NCBI RefSeq assembly: GCF_964355755.1
Contig: NC_092672.1
Span: 15,934,001 to 15,998,000 of the forward strand
Reading direction: 5' to 3'
Source: Antedon mediterranea
Lineage: Eukaryota; Animalia; Echinodermata
DNA: 64,000 bases
Of the stretch, positions 1 to 13,800 are shown in pieces. The translations under genes were made by a program, and so were the position numbers. The notes under the pieces were generated by a model. That model was not told the origin of the DNA. It saw only the letters and a list, made by a program, of their open reading frames with translations, and ran no database searches. Every line of letters begins with the position of its first letter. Positions within the stretch are counted from its first letter, which is position 1.

Positions 1-96
1 GGTCACATCCATTTATTTAAGGCTTAGATTAGATCATTCTGAATGAAGGCGTCCAAATGATAAAACTCGGGCCATAACCAGTATTATTAAAAGCTT

Positions 97-973
97 TACT
101 GTAAAGCCCAACATTTTCGCGCAACCTTTATTTTTGCGAATGTTGCGATTGAACAATGTTACAGTCGATCAGACCTAGGCATAGTTAGTTTAGCCAGGCC
201 GCATTATTTTTTTTCCTATGCATTTAAGGCAGCAATCATTAATAATTCATTAGAAACTCAACAGTTTTTATTTAAAAAAAAAATGTTATTCCATCAAAAC
301 CAACAGCGATGATTACCGCCACTAACAGGTTTGATAACAACAACAACAGTTCTTTTCAGAACTAATACACGTGGTGTACTGCAAACTTTATATCAATCAT
401 TAGAATAATTATGACATAATATTGGAAATTATAGAGGGTGCTATATTAGCATGCAGTGAGATTAAATAATTTGTGTAAACAGCGTTTGCCAACCGAAATG
501 TTTGGTCTAGAGCCCTCGGTTCGAGGTCTTTCAAGAACATGTTTTTTTTAATAGTTGAGAGAGATTATTTAGAGGGTTAGGTTTAAGTATATTTAGGAAG
601 TAGATCAGCTATCTTGCAATATTTATAATAGAAAATAATTAAGGTAATGAATTATTCATGATTTCTGCCTTAATTGCATAGGAAAAAAATAATACAGCAA
701 GGCCTAGCCTACTAGGCTTAATATGGAAAAAATGAATATAAAGTAGTTACGGTAAACTTCTAGTTGTATAGTGTCCATAAAGTAATTATTCTACGTGCGT
801 AGGCCTAGCTTGTAGTGGAGCAAACAGCAAAAATACCATTGTCATGCTCTCCGGCGTCGTTGATTCAACAAATTACACAAGAAACTCAAATCACGAAAAT
901 AAAAGGTCGCGAAATAGTTGAAAAAGTAAAATCGTAAAACTTTAGGGCCGTGAACATTTTGGACTTTACAGTA
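97..973. mobile_element. Non-autonomous TIR element (Tc1/mariner-like MITE, TA TSD)
   Basis: TA-CTGTAAAGCCCAACATTTTCGCG at left; CGTGAACATTTTTGGACTTTACAG-TA at right (imperfect TIRs). Confidence 0.7.
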
Positions 974-1740
974 TTTAAAATAACCAATACAAGTCAATAA
1001 TTTTTTTTTGCAGATATAATTTGACTGAAATTTACATTACTACATTTTCGCGAGATTCTTGGCCATGATTTTGGTAAACTTTGTAGTGTTATGACATCAT
1101 ACGTCCATTCGTACTCATGTCGGAGATCGAACGTCAAAATGCCATTGAACAAGTGTTAAAATTTGCCAGTAGACGTACCACTCGCCTAACACATGCGCAT
1201 ATGAAAATGACGTAATAGGGTAGCAGTCGACATAGTCCACATCTATCCCTACTAATTAAAAGTGTACAACTACGCTTCTTGGTGTTGCGTTGCAATAATC
1301 GTTGGGCTCTTTGTAGTACATGTCACACTTTATAATAAACTGCTGTTGCACCTTGTAGTAACTGCTGTTGTATTTTAAACACTGCCATCCCACTTTGTAA
1401 TAACTGCTGTCACACTTTGTATTTTTAAATTGTACAAAATCTTTATTTTTCTTTATTTCTTTCTGTACAGATTTGTGTGTGCTGAGTATCTAAAAAGTTC
1501 AATGATCTTCACATTTTCACAATCTTTCCCATAAAGAAAACTGGTCATAATTAATTAACTTGTCATGTCAATTGTCAATTTAGTTTATAATATACATTTT
1601 GATGGTGGTCACAGTATGTCATACTGTGACCATTAGTATACCCAAAGCAATCACAATTTCTATTTAATTATTGAGGTTATTTATTATTATAATATGCTCT
1701 GATCCAATATTGTTTTATTTCTTTTTGATAATACCAACAG

Positions 1741-1860
1741 CTCAATGACTGCTTCTGCCAGTCAGGCTTTGAGTAGAAGAGATCAGAAGCTAGAAGAATC
1801 TGGTACAAACCGATCTACTGATATCAAGATTGAAAATTTTGATGTAGCATTTGGAGATAA
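1741..1860 (+). CDS. ABCF3: ABCF3 exon (window exon 1)
   Basis: caacag|...|gtaagt; [39 protein letters not shown]. Confidence 0.92.
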
Positions 1861-4800
1861 GTAAGTTTTTAATTGCAGGCCTCAAATTTTACCACCGGTG
1901 CCCTCTCAGTCTCAGTTGGCCTTGATGCCCTCTCAGTTGGCCTTGATGCCCTCTCAGTTGGCCTTGATGCCCTCTCAGTTGGCCTTGATGCCCTCTCAGT
2001 TGGCCTTGATGCCTTTGAAAATGAACAACAACTATTTCGTATATTTTTTGTTGCCATTTTACTTGTTTTTGTTGTTAACAGGCTGTGCAGCCGTATTTGG
2101 ATGAAGGAAAATGCTTCAATTTACAATGCATTTGTAGTGATACATTTTATTCATTACAATTTCTTTTTTTTTTGCCTACAGTATTTAATATTAGTGCATT
2201 GTATATAGTGCTTGTATATAATTTAATTTTCTTTTATTTTTTTTTCTTTTTGTTTATTTTTCAAATTTTTATGTATTGTTTTTGGACCGCACCGCATGTT
2301 GTGAGTGCCACCGATCCAAAGGTGAATGGGTCAACAAATAAATAAATTATCAGTTGATCTTGATCATCTCCCTGCCTAATTAACCATGCAGGGCCTTACC
2401 ACTACTGAGATCCTATAAACAATGACACACATGCTGGCACTAAGACCTACAGCAATGCTGAACAGAATAACATTAATTGTATCATAGAGATGTTCACTAT
2501 AATTACTCTAGTAGCTAGATCAACTTTCGTATGCACTTTTAGGTCCAGAGAATTTGACCTCAGAAATTGGTTTAGGGTGGTCAAACAATCATTTTTGGCT
2601 TGGTTACACATTTTCAAAATGTGGCAAAAGGTCAAAAGATCAGGGTAAAAGGTTATAAGACCAAACACCAATAGTTCCTTATATCGTCACAGTGAGGTAA
2701 TGTTAGAAGTAACTTACCATATTTATCCAATAATACAATACCATAAAAGCCCCGGACATTTATTGTTAGAGGGGTTTTTAGGGGGTACAAAAGTGCATAC
2801 AAAAGTTTATCTAGCTACTAGAGTAAATATCTCTATATATCAACTAACAGTAGATTCAGTTGACCTCAGTTGACCGGAGTTGACTAATAATAGAGCAATT
2901 ATTAACAGAGTTAACATTAGAAAAACCTCACAGTTTTTCTTTGATTCAGCGGAAATTGTCTGGATTTTTGGGTACATAATACAAATTGTAATGTTACTTT
3001 TCTGTAATTCTACACATACTAGGCCTATTTTTGCAACTTATTTGCTGTCCTGTATTGTGTGGGAAGATAAATTAAAAAAATCCAGAGTCCAACTGGCCTT
3101 GCCCCTGTTATCAAAAAAATTCAAGGCCCGTAATTGTGATATAAATATGTGATTTACAAATGTAAAATAAATTAACAATCTAAAGGTGTGTGTGTGTTCT
3201 TTTTTTTTTTTAAAGGGCCTTTTTAATCATATATTTCTATTATTATTATTATTATTTCTCTTTCTTCTAATATTAGAGTTTTATTAAAAAATGCTAATAT
3301 GCTTCTTGCATATGGTAGACGATATGGTCTAGTAGGAAGAAATGGTATTGGTAAAAGCACATTGTTGCACATGATTTCAAGGTATGTTTTTCTATTTTAT
3401 AAGTAAAAAAATTATAAGAATTACTACATACTGTACATTCATTTGTTGAATTTAGCATATAGCCAACTCCACTTAAGTTAGCTGCACATAGAACTGGTAT
3501 AAACATTTTTAATTCAACAAATAAATACACAAAAAGGCTTTTGGCTGATTTAATAATCAAAACGGCTCTCGGAACACTTAATTTTCGTTTGACTATTTGA
3601 CATATGATGTGAAAAAGAAACTGTGTCTAAGATGTCAATTGGCTAATATACCCTAATTTCAGTTGTGCATAAATGACTGCCCTTACTGCCACACCCATGT
3701 CTTAGACCTTTTAAAGACCCCTTCCCTGCAATTTTGGACGTTTTTTGGAAAATAATACATATATATCACTTTAAAAACATTAAACCATGTCATTCCTTGT
3801 CTTAAATGTACGTTTTATGGTAAATTATGATAAAAAGTGAGAAACAATGCACTACCTAAGTAGCTCGCGGCGATCGACCTCTCGTGGACGGTCTTAGGCC
3901 TAGCCTAGCTAGGCTTAGTTTTGTAGGCCTAGCTGGTAAACATCGATAACGTACGAACATCGTACGCTAGCTATATACCTAGCCTGACGTTGTATAGTTG
4001 CTGCATTAATTGTCTTTCTATTTTTGCCAGACTCCGTTGATACAAATTGGGGAAAACCCGGTATTTTCGCTGAAAAGTTAGGAGTCTTCCATTTGTTTTG
4101 GCTTCACGATCGATCGAAAAGTGGGCGAATTACAGGTGAAAAACAAAAATATCAATCCGCGCGCAATGCATTTTGGGATTTATAGCGGGCCGCTATAATT
4201 ATTAGAATCGATTTATTTTTCACATTTCTAACCGTTTAAAGACGAAAAAAGTTATCGCAATAGGACCATATAGTATTATTTTTACATTAAATATAGTTTG
4301 TGATCTTAAATTAGATCTAAAAAACGTAGGGAATGGGGCTTTAACCTAATGCAACTTGGATTGTAAATTGTTTAAGATCATGCACAGACAGAGTTATCCG
4401 GCAATAAAAACCTGATGGAGAAAGAAGTTTGGTGATTCTAGATGTACACAAATAAAACTGGGTCTAGTTGTGATTTAAGAAAAATAAGTTTTTGAGTAGG
4501 AATTTTAAAGTATTATAAATTTTCTTTGGCAGATATAGGCCATCGGGTGAAAATCCTACCATTTATTCTCGATCTGATTTTTGGCTACTAAGTTATCTCC
4601 TTATATTATGATAATTATGAAAATAATATTCTTATGCGAAAACCGTAGAGTTGAACCTAAAACTCCTGCAACAATTTGAGAAAATGATATTTAACCATCA
4701 GTATTTTAAAAGTTCTTTACGTTGATTGACCCATGACCTTTCGCATTGTATTTATTAATTAAATTCGTAATTACTTATTCAAAACACATTAAAAAAAATA

Positions 4801-7800
4801 AATATAACCATTAAATGAATTATTAACAAGCAAATATAAAATAAAATATGTTTCAATCTGCTTTGTAGTAAATTAAGGAAAACAGTTATGTGTGCTTTGA
4901 CGCTCTTCTGCTTCTTATAAACGATAAAAACTAATAGCATGGACATGGCTTCCCCTAAAAAGGTTAAAATAAAATGTTGTTTTCATCATGAAGGCATTAC
5001 TGGAGAAACACCATTACAAATCACAGAAGTTAGGTTTAAGGAAGTAGTTGCTTTAACATTAACATAACATAAATCTCTTTATTCATCGCATAAAACAAAT
5101 AAAAACAAGCAAGCAAGGAGTAAAACATATTTTTAACAATGAAAGGGACCTCCAAGAAACCCCAAGGGGCTTGTGATAGGAGGCCCCACTAGTTACATTA
5201 ATTAAGCTACCATAAAAAGAATAAATAAATAAATAAATAAATAAATAAATAGACGAATAAACCATTAATTATAACAAATAGCTTCAAATTATGGATAGAT
5301 TTAGACGGTGTATGCAACATATTTGCCAAAAAACTAGTGTCCCGGGTGCAAGATCTCCTAAATTCGTTGTATGAAATGAAGATATAAAAAACCACCCAGA
5401 CTTTGGATTTCACCATGGAGTAAAGAATATTCTTTGCTCCTATCCATGATTTCACCCAAATTGCTATCGCAAATACATCGGCGCAAGGACATTAGAATTG
5501 GTAAGGTTAATATTGCTATTAATTATCTAATAATAAGATAATACTACTTAACTTAGAAGTAGTAGGCCTAGGTACTGTACTAGCTAGGGCGGCGCCACTC
5601 TACCTACTACTAGGCTAGAGTACTAGTAGTAGGCCTACTAATAATAGAGAGTTAAATACTATTAGACATTTGTCTGGAATTGTATTACTTTCTATGCCAG
5701 GCTAGCCTTAGGAGGGATACCAATCATGGAGGCAAAAAGGTACCAATGGTACCTTGGTTGGGTTACTACTTACTAGGCCTAGTAGCATTGCAGTGCTGCT
5801 AGTAAATAGTCCCTGACTAGGTTATGTAGGCTAAAAAAATTCAAGGCTAGACATAGAGGCCTCTAATTTAATACTTAGTACTATGCATATAATAAATTAA
5901 ATATAAGGGACAAAACAATTAAAACTACTACTAGCCTAGGCCTCTCTTTTAGGCCAAGACTAATTTAAAAATCAAGTCAAAATATTTATAAATTATAATT
6001 TTGTTTAGGCATAAAAATGTGTGGCAAAAAGAAGAAAAATAGAAATGGAAACTGCTAGTACTACCTACCAAAAAGCAAAGGCAAAAGATAAATGAAGCAA
6101 GGGGGTGTCACGAAACCTAAGACCACGAAAGCTAAGACCCCCTAAGACCTAAGATCACGAAAGCTAAGACCCAACACCTAAGATTACAAATACTAAGATA
6201 TACTACAGCTTAAAAACAATACTTGTTTATCCATACATAATTTTAAACACAGTAGGTTTAATTTATTACCATAAATATATTTTAATACTACCGCAAAACA
6301 TAGATAAACTCACATTATTTTCGCCCGTTGAGTAAATGTATATTTTTTCTTTACAACAAACAAACTTGACAGGTTGTTTGTTGGTATATATTTACTCCAT
6401 TGTGTTGGTTCAGAGGATGTTTTTCTTACGCACCTGCCTTTCTTGTATTTTGACTCCAAATTTGTTGACTAACTTTATCCTGAACACCACACTTTAAAAT
6501 TAGGACTTATAAGTACTTTCAGAAGGAGAAACACATAATAACAAATAAATAAATCCTTTAAATTGATGATTTTACAGATGTGTTTCTTTGTATACTGTAA
6601 TGTAACTCCTCGAGCTCCCCATGCTCAATGTTTTTGTTTCTATGGAGCGCCAAAAGAGCAACAATAATAGTACAGTCAACTCTCCCAATACCGGACTCTC
6701 CCAAAACCGGAATTCACGAAAAAACGGACTTTTTTGGAGGGCCCAATTTGTCCCTATTCTAAATGTACTGTAATTTATTATGAAAACCGGAATACCCAAT
6801 TCCGGAATCCGGACAAATTATGAAGTACAAAACACGAAAATTAGCGTCTGAAAACCGGACTGACAGTTAAAAAACTCCAAATATTTACGAAAACAACGTA
6901 ACATCGTCGTATCTGACTCGGATTCAATACATTCACAATGTACAAAAGCTTTTAACCATACCCTGACCATGCATGAAGTGCGCGACGTTTCGCGGTACGA
7001 TCAAATAATGTTGCCATGGAGCGCTACACTGTGATTGACAGGTTAGTTCATTGTTAACCCACGAGGCGGCAATTGGTTTGTTGCGTATCGAACTGCGGTG
7101 GGCTTTTTCACATCGAAGCGCTATGTCTTAATGTCTATTGTTTTTTAGCATATGAATTGTTTTTTAATAAAGTTCAATTTACATTCCACTTTGTGTCTTT
7201 GTTTTGTTTAAATTATTGTTAAATTCACAATTGCAATAGGACTTTAAAAAGGAATGTTTCACTAAAAATGTGCATCATTATAAATTTGGAAATCATTATG
7301 GCAAAACGTAAACGGAATGAACTTGACTTAACTAGTGTTAATAAACTTTGAAATGTTACCAATTAATTATTGTGTCATTATTGCTTGGCTCGTTTACCTA
7401 ATCAATTTTCATCATTGTTATCAAATTACGTCAAAATAAAGGAGCTTAAAAAACATGTGGTCTAGGTGTGGGCGTTTTTATTTGATTATGACACCTCTGC
7501 ACATGCGCATCAATCAAAGCCCCGCTTTGCTATTTTTATCACCCATGCTGCTGCTGCTTGCTAGCTCGCGAAAAACAATAAACATACCGAAATTATGTTC
7601 ACCGTACGTACGTAGGCCTTTTTGCCGTTAAAAACACATTGAGAAACAATAATTTACTACTGTAACATGTTTTATTGGTACAGTAAATAATGTAACTTTT
7701 AAAAAAGGTAAATTGAATTCGCTTAATATTAATAAAGTAGGCCTAGGCCTATCAGTATTTATTTAATTAAAACTAGCTTGACAGAATCATAGCCTAGGCC

Positions 7801-10800
7801 TTCCCTACGCTAGACCGTACCGGGCAGCATTCGGACCGGTGATTCAAATCTTTTTCAGTGACAACGTGATGACTTTAAAAATATGTTTTCAGGAAACCGG
7901 ACTTTTGAAAAACCGGAAAATATATGCCCGCCCAAAGGTGTCCGGTATTGGGAGAGTTGACTGTACAAGTATAAAAACAGAAAGAAAACGAAACAAAAAA
8001 ACTTATCATGATTTTTAAATTAAAATTTATTTGCCAGTATTTATTCGTACTTGCATGATTATACTATTATCATTACAATTTTAATTTTACATTGTTCCAT
8101 CCACACTGTAGATGGACTCCACAGAGTTTTCAGCCCTCTAGATAATGTTTGCTCTTTTGACGTTCCATAGAAACAAAAACATTGAACATGGGGTAGGCCT
8201 ACTGTACTGTAGGCTAGTCATTTTGTGTGCGAGAAAAACGTCTGTAAAATCATCAATTTAAAAATGTATTTGTTACTTTTTATGTGATTCTTTTTCATGA
8301 AAGTGCCAATTCTAAGGTGTGGTATTCAGAATAAATGTTTGGAGTTAAAATACAAGGCAGGTGCGAAAGATAAATATTTGTAATCTTAGGTCTTGGGTCT
8401 TAGCTTTCGTGATCTTAGGTCTTAGGGGGTCTTAGCTTTCGTGGTCTTAGGTTTTGTGACACCCTGAAGCAAGGTATTTATCATTTTGCAAAACAACATC
8501 GGAGAAATGTTTGCCATCATGCAAAGATGCTCTTACTGTATGCAACATATTAAACTCATTCACCGATGAAGCAGATGATGAAGATGATGATGAGCAGCTT
8601 GATAATACCTGTTTAGATTTTTTATAGTATATCTGTATTTAACTTTTTACTTGTTTTAATATATTATATTTTGCCTACAATAATAACGGAATCAATGTTG
8701 TGCCATGATAGAGCAATTTTGCTTCCATGCATTATGTGCCTCATCCCTATATTCAAATGTAGTATTTGTTATGTAAGCTGTAGAAGTTAACATACTACAT
8801 TAGTATGTATTTTGACCACAGCCCGGTATTGACTTGTAACTTGATTTGAACTTGGTTTAAAATGCCTACAATAATAAAGGGATCAATGTTGTGCCATGTT
8901 AGTCTAGCATTGTACTTTCATGCATACATTATTCCCCACACATGGGATGGAAGACAAGGGGAACTAATCTCTGCTCTGAATCAAGTCAAATATATAAAAT
9001 AATGGTTTATTGGATTCTATAAACCTATTGATTTTTCTGTAAACATATTATGTATATTTATTTTTACTAATATTGAAAACACCAATAATAAATATAAACT
9101 AGATTTAATTCGTCACTATGACAAATTATAGGTTATATGCATTGATTTAAATCAAGATAATTGATTTTTAAAAGGTATATTGACTGAATTTCTCAGAATC
9201 TTTAATTATTTATAATATATGATAGCATCTAGCTAATTTAAATACAATAGCCGGTATCACAATAAGATCAAAGATCCCTCTGCGTATAATGTCATAAATC
9301 ACATTTGTTACATAATAAAGACAGTAAAGAAGTTACTTTTTATCTTGATTTCATTATAAATCATGTGTATAATCTATACACTAAGAAATAAAATTGAACA
9401 AACAATACGGATAATAAAAAAAATCTTATTTCGTTTCGTTTCCGAAGGTGAGACTCAAACTCGGTACCTTGAAAGCCATAGACACGAGCACAGACCACCG
9501 AGCCATACACAACTGACTAAAAGTTGTAGAAAGATTCCTCCGTGTATTTACTATGCAGTAACCACTTTGGTGCAGATAGATTATTACATACCGCAATGAA
9601 TTCTAATTTTTTACTATGATGACATCTTTAAAAATTAAAAAAAATGATGCACTGTCAAACTATATACTTTTAACTTTAATATATGAACATTGTAAGGAAG
9701 AAAGTTAATGTTATGTTTGTTATTTCGGCGTAAGAAAATGTCATAATTTGTTTGATTGTCAAAATTAATTTTTTCAAATTTAATATGCAATTAATTATGA
9801 CTTAATCAACTCTTGTTCTCTTAATTTGATAATAAATCATACATACACTTCAAGAAAATGAAACAAAAAATAGGTGTTCCCCAGCATTCTGACGATCTAT
9901 ATTAATTTTAAAATTTAGCATATTTTCACCATTTTTTTAACTTATACGTGCGTAGCCTGTCACTTTTGACGTGCTCGTAAAACGCAATTTCGAGTTGAAA
10001 AAGTGAATCAAATATGATGATATTATTAAAGAAAGGTTGTAAAACAGAAATTGGGCAAAAAGAGTGCGCATTAACGTTTAACGCGCAGTGCGCGTACAAA
10101 TCTCTGCGCACTCATGGCAATTTTTTAAACCCTTAAAATTGCCTGAAACGTACTCTAATGTCATCGAAAATAAATTTTGAAAATTTTAAGCGCGCTACGC
10201 ACGTAATTGTATTGCCAAATGATGAAATATGACCTGATATTTATGAGTACCAAATTTTGTTTAATTGTGATTCATGCTTGTGAAGATATGATTACAAACG
10301 TGATTTTGTTAAATCGCACGATTGCGCATCGTGAAAACATAACCACATCGATTCCTGGCCATAAGAAATATACTCTGAAAAATTGATTTAGCTAGATGAA
10401 ACTGATACCAAGATAATTCACGGACAAAATAGTGCTAAGGAAAGAATAAATAAACTAGACATGAAACTCGTCACTTTGACGAGTTAGTTATCCGCACCAC
10501 AAACGCCACACGCACGTACGTTAAGCTTGTCTTAAAAAATACGGACAAAAAAAAGATTTATATGCTATTACGATTAATTTCTAACAGGTGAAATAGCTCT
10601 GATCGGAACAAAATATTGTTTGCCGCCCTCTATCATATAGAAATGCATTACAAATGTTGATATAACATATACACAGTATATAGCATTGCCTCTCCACACA
10701 ACAAACACAAAATGCACCACAAACTTTAAAAATAGCGCATCAGAAAAAGACTACGCCATTGTGACCCAAAGAATAGAATATTGTGTTGTATATGTGTAAT

Positions 10801-13800
10801 AGTGTAGGATAGGTGAAATTATGGGACCCGCCATTTATTCCAATTTTTAACATGGCGACGGTATCAAAATGAAACACTTAGATAGCAATTTCAGAAGGAA
10901 ATTATCTCAGGAACAACATATTAACGTGTAGAAGAAATGTGAATACGTAAAATATAGATGCGCACCCTTTTAAATGTGATGAACTATTACGCAAAATATG
11001 AAAATACGACTTTTTTTATTCAACTGGTCATATGATGACGTCACAACATCCGATTGGCAAAATGTTTACATGATTATCACTTTTTATTCTTACAAGCTAT
11101 AACAGATTGAAATTTACTGTAAAGATGAAAATAAGTGAACCATGTTATTTACATTTTTAGACATGATGACGTCATAAAAATTAAAATATTTTTAACTCGT
11201 GCGAAAGATAGTTCATTGACCTAGAAAATATTAAAATCGGGGTGAAAATGGATAAGTGGAGATGCGCTCAATTAAATGTGATTCGCTATGCCAAAAGATA
11301 CAAAAATCCTATATTTTATATTCGCTTGGCCATACGATGACGTCACAATGTAGAAAGTTGATTAGAAATTGATTTTTCGCATTCTGAAATTTTAAACGTG
11401 CGTAACTTCGTGTGAAACATGCGATTTTTTTTCCACAGTCAGCTAGCGCAAGATATAAATTAAACTTTTGTTAAGTTTCAATTTACGTTGTTATATGGTT
11501 TTCGATATATGTTAAAAACGCGAAATTCATAAAAACGCGCGTAAGTCACGTTGCGCATTTCTGTCATTCACGTTGCGCATTTCTGTCATTCACAATAGCA
11601 GGTGCACAACTTCACGTGAATGTCCACATGTTGACAAAGTTATAGAATGTTATGTTTACATTTTTTTGATATACGCGTGACACAAAAATGACAGAAAGAA
11701 AAAAGAATACAGAAAACTAGATTGGAACTCGTCACTTTGACGAGTTCGGGTTATTCGCGCAAACGCAACATGCACATACGTTTAAAATATATGAACGCCT
11801 ACAATTATTATGCCATCCTATGACATGAATTAAATATGTTTACAGTGCTGAGTTGTAGTGTACCTAATTTTGTATCATACAGCATATTACAGTATTTACA
11901 GAATACACTGTATATATAATATACAGTGTAGCATAGACGAAATTACGAGACCCATCTTTTAAATCCAATTAACACGATGACGTCATCAAATTGACATATA
12001 AAAATAACAATTTTAGAAGATAATTATCTAATTAATTACATTAATACAAATTTGAAAAATGTTGGGCACGTAAAAGTGAGATGCGCTCTCATTTAAACGC
12101 AATGAACTTTTACGCAAGAGATAAAAATATGACTTTTTGAATTCAACTGGCCATATGACGTCACAACATCTGATTGGCAAAATATTTACATGAATTCGTA
12201 TCTACAATACAATAGCTTCCAGAAAACGTTTTAATCATGATTATCACTTTTTATTCTGACGAGCTATAACAGATTGAAATTTACTGTAAAGATGAAAATA
12301 GGTAACCCACATTATTTACATTTTTAGACATGATGACGTCATTGACGTCATAAAAATTAAAATATTTATAACTCATGCGAAAGATAGTTGACAGTATTAA
12401 AATATCTGAGGAAATGGAATACGTATAAGCGAGATGCGCTTTATTTAATGTGATGAGCAATAACGAAAGAGTAAAAAATCCTATATTTTACATTCGTGTG
12501 GCCATACGATGACGTCATAACATCCGAGTGGTAAAGATTCTGCATGAATTCATATCTACAACATATCTACTTACATATTAAATAAAAAAAATTGGGGGTC
12601 ATGGATGATCCTGAGGAGCTATAATAGATTAAAAATAGGCATAATTTTGACTACTAAAACGCGCGCAAATGGTCTAAATCAACGTGTTCGTATGAAGTCA
12701 TTTTAATATGAAATGATCTCAATCTTTTTTTTAAATGACTTGGAAAGGCTGTAAAATCATAAATCAAGAGAAAAACACATGATTAAAAATATTGAGGTGC
12801 ACAACTTCAGGTAAATGTCCATATAATGACAAAGTTATACAAAAGATATATTCACAAGCAATAGGGGATATGCTGCTCACAAAAATCCAGGAAAGAAAGA
12901 AGAATAAAGATGAAAAAAAAAGATATTTACAATCACAAGGGTTATCCCCAACTTTATAAGTTGCGGATAACCAAAAAAAATATCCCATACAATAACAAGG
13001 AGTTATCCGCCATAGTGCGGATAACCAATAATACAGAAAAAAAAAAAGATGATGAAACAGGACAGTTACAAGGAGTTATCCGCTACTAAGCGGATAACTA
13101 ATAATACAGAAAAAAAAAGATGAAACAGGACAGTTATAAGGAGTTATCCGCTACTAAGCGGATAACTAATAAATAAATAAAGATTCTGACAGAATCAAGA
13201 GGTTATGCATTAATGCATATAACCTAATAAAAATATATATTCATGGATTATTACATATATAATAATAATATATATTAATATTCCAGTTAAAACAAATAGA
13301 CATACTCCCGCTGGAGTTATTAACGCCGCTGGCGCGGAGTAACAGCTCCCTAACGCTAATCCGCGGCATGGTTCAGACACAAAAATATGTACGCCGCGTA
13401 CATAACTCCACCGTAACTCCGTGAGTCTGAACATACCCTTAGACTACACAACAATGAGTTTCAAAGATAGGTCATGAGGTCATTTAGATCAAAAGGGCAT
13501 TTAAATTAGCTTTAGATCGTTTTTAGAGTTTTGTTTAATTAATGGGAACATCTCTACAAGACGTTGAATCCTTGGAAAAAACATGATTAGTCTAGATGAT
13601 TTTCAGTTGCCTGTCGAAATTTCGTATTCCTGTCTTTCAGCCTAGGCCTAGCTAGGCCTAATAGTAGGCCTAGGCCTGTTAGTATTGGGCTAGGCCTAGC
13701 CGTTTTAGCCTTGCTAGGCCTATGATTATTTAGTCGTTTGATGACATAATTAACACTATAGGTGTGTTTATAAAATCCATATATCTATTATAAGTGAGAG

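Larger units (their letters stand above)
4536..8620 (+). pseudogene. Fragmented fossil DNA-transposon gene (Academ-like transposase remnants) interrupted by later insertions
   Basis: TAGGCC possible terminus at 4536; [17 protein letters not shown] at 4939; FHPNCYRKY at 5450; [25 protein letters not shown](M)QHIK reconstituted across 6090/8475. Confidence 0.45.
9098..13230 (-). mobile_element. Helentron-associated (HINE/DINE-1-like) element A, outermost of a nested trio
   Basis: Minus-strand 3' CTAG at 9099 with adjacent hairpin; subTIR AGGTTATATGCATT (9130) matches AATGCATATAACCT (13212); an inverted body fragment recurs at about 21930-22280. Confidence 0.7.

Noticed and set aside
1869-2208. 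Repetitive ORFs (ASRPTER, VGLDALS, LALMPSQ)
   Set aside because: By-products of a stop-free 21-bp minisatellite just after a splice donor.
12935-13230. CRISPR- or integron-like array of palindromes
   Set aside because: Explained as stacked Helentron-like 5' termini that match upstream subTIRs.
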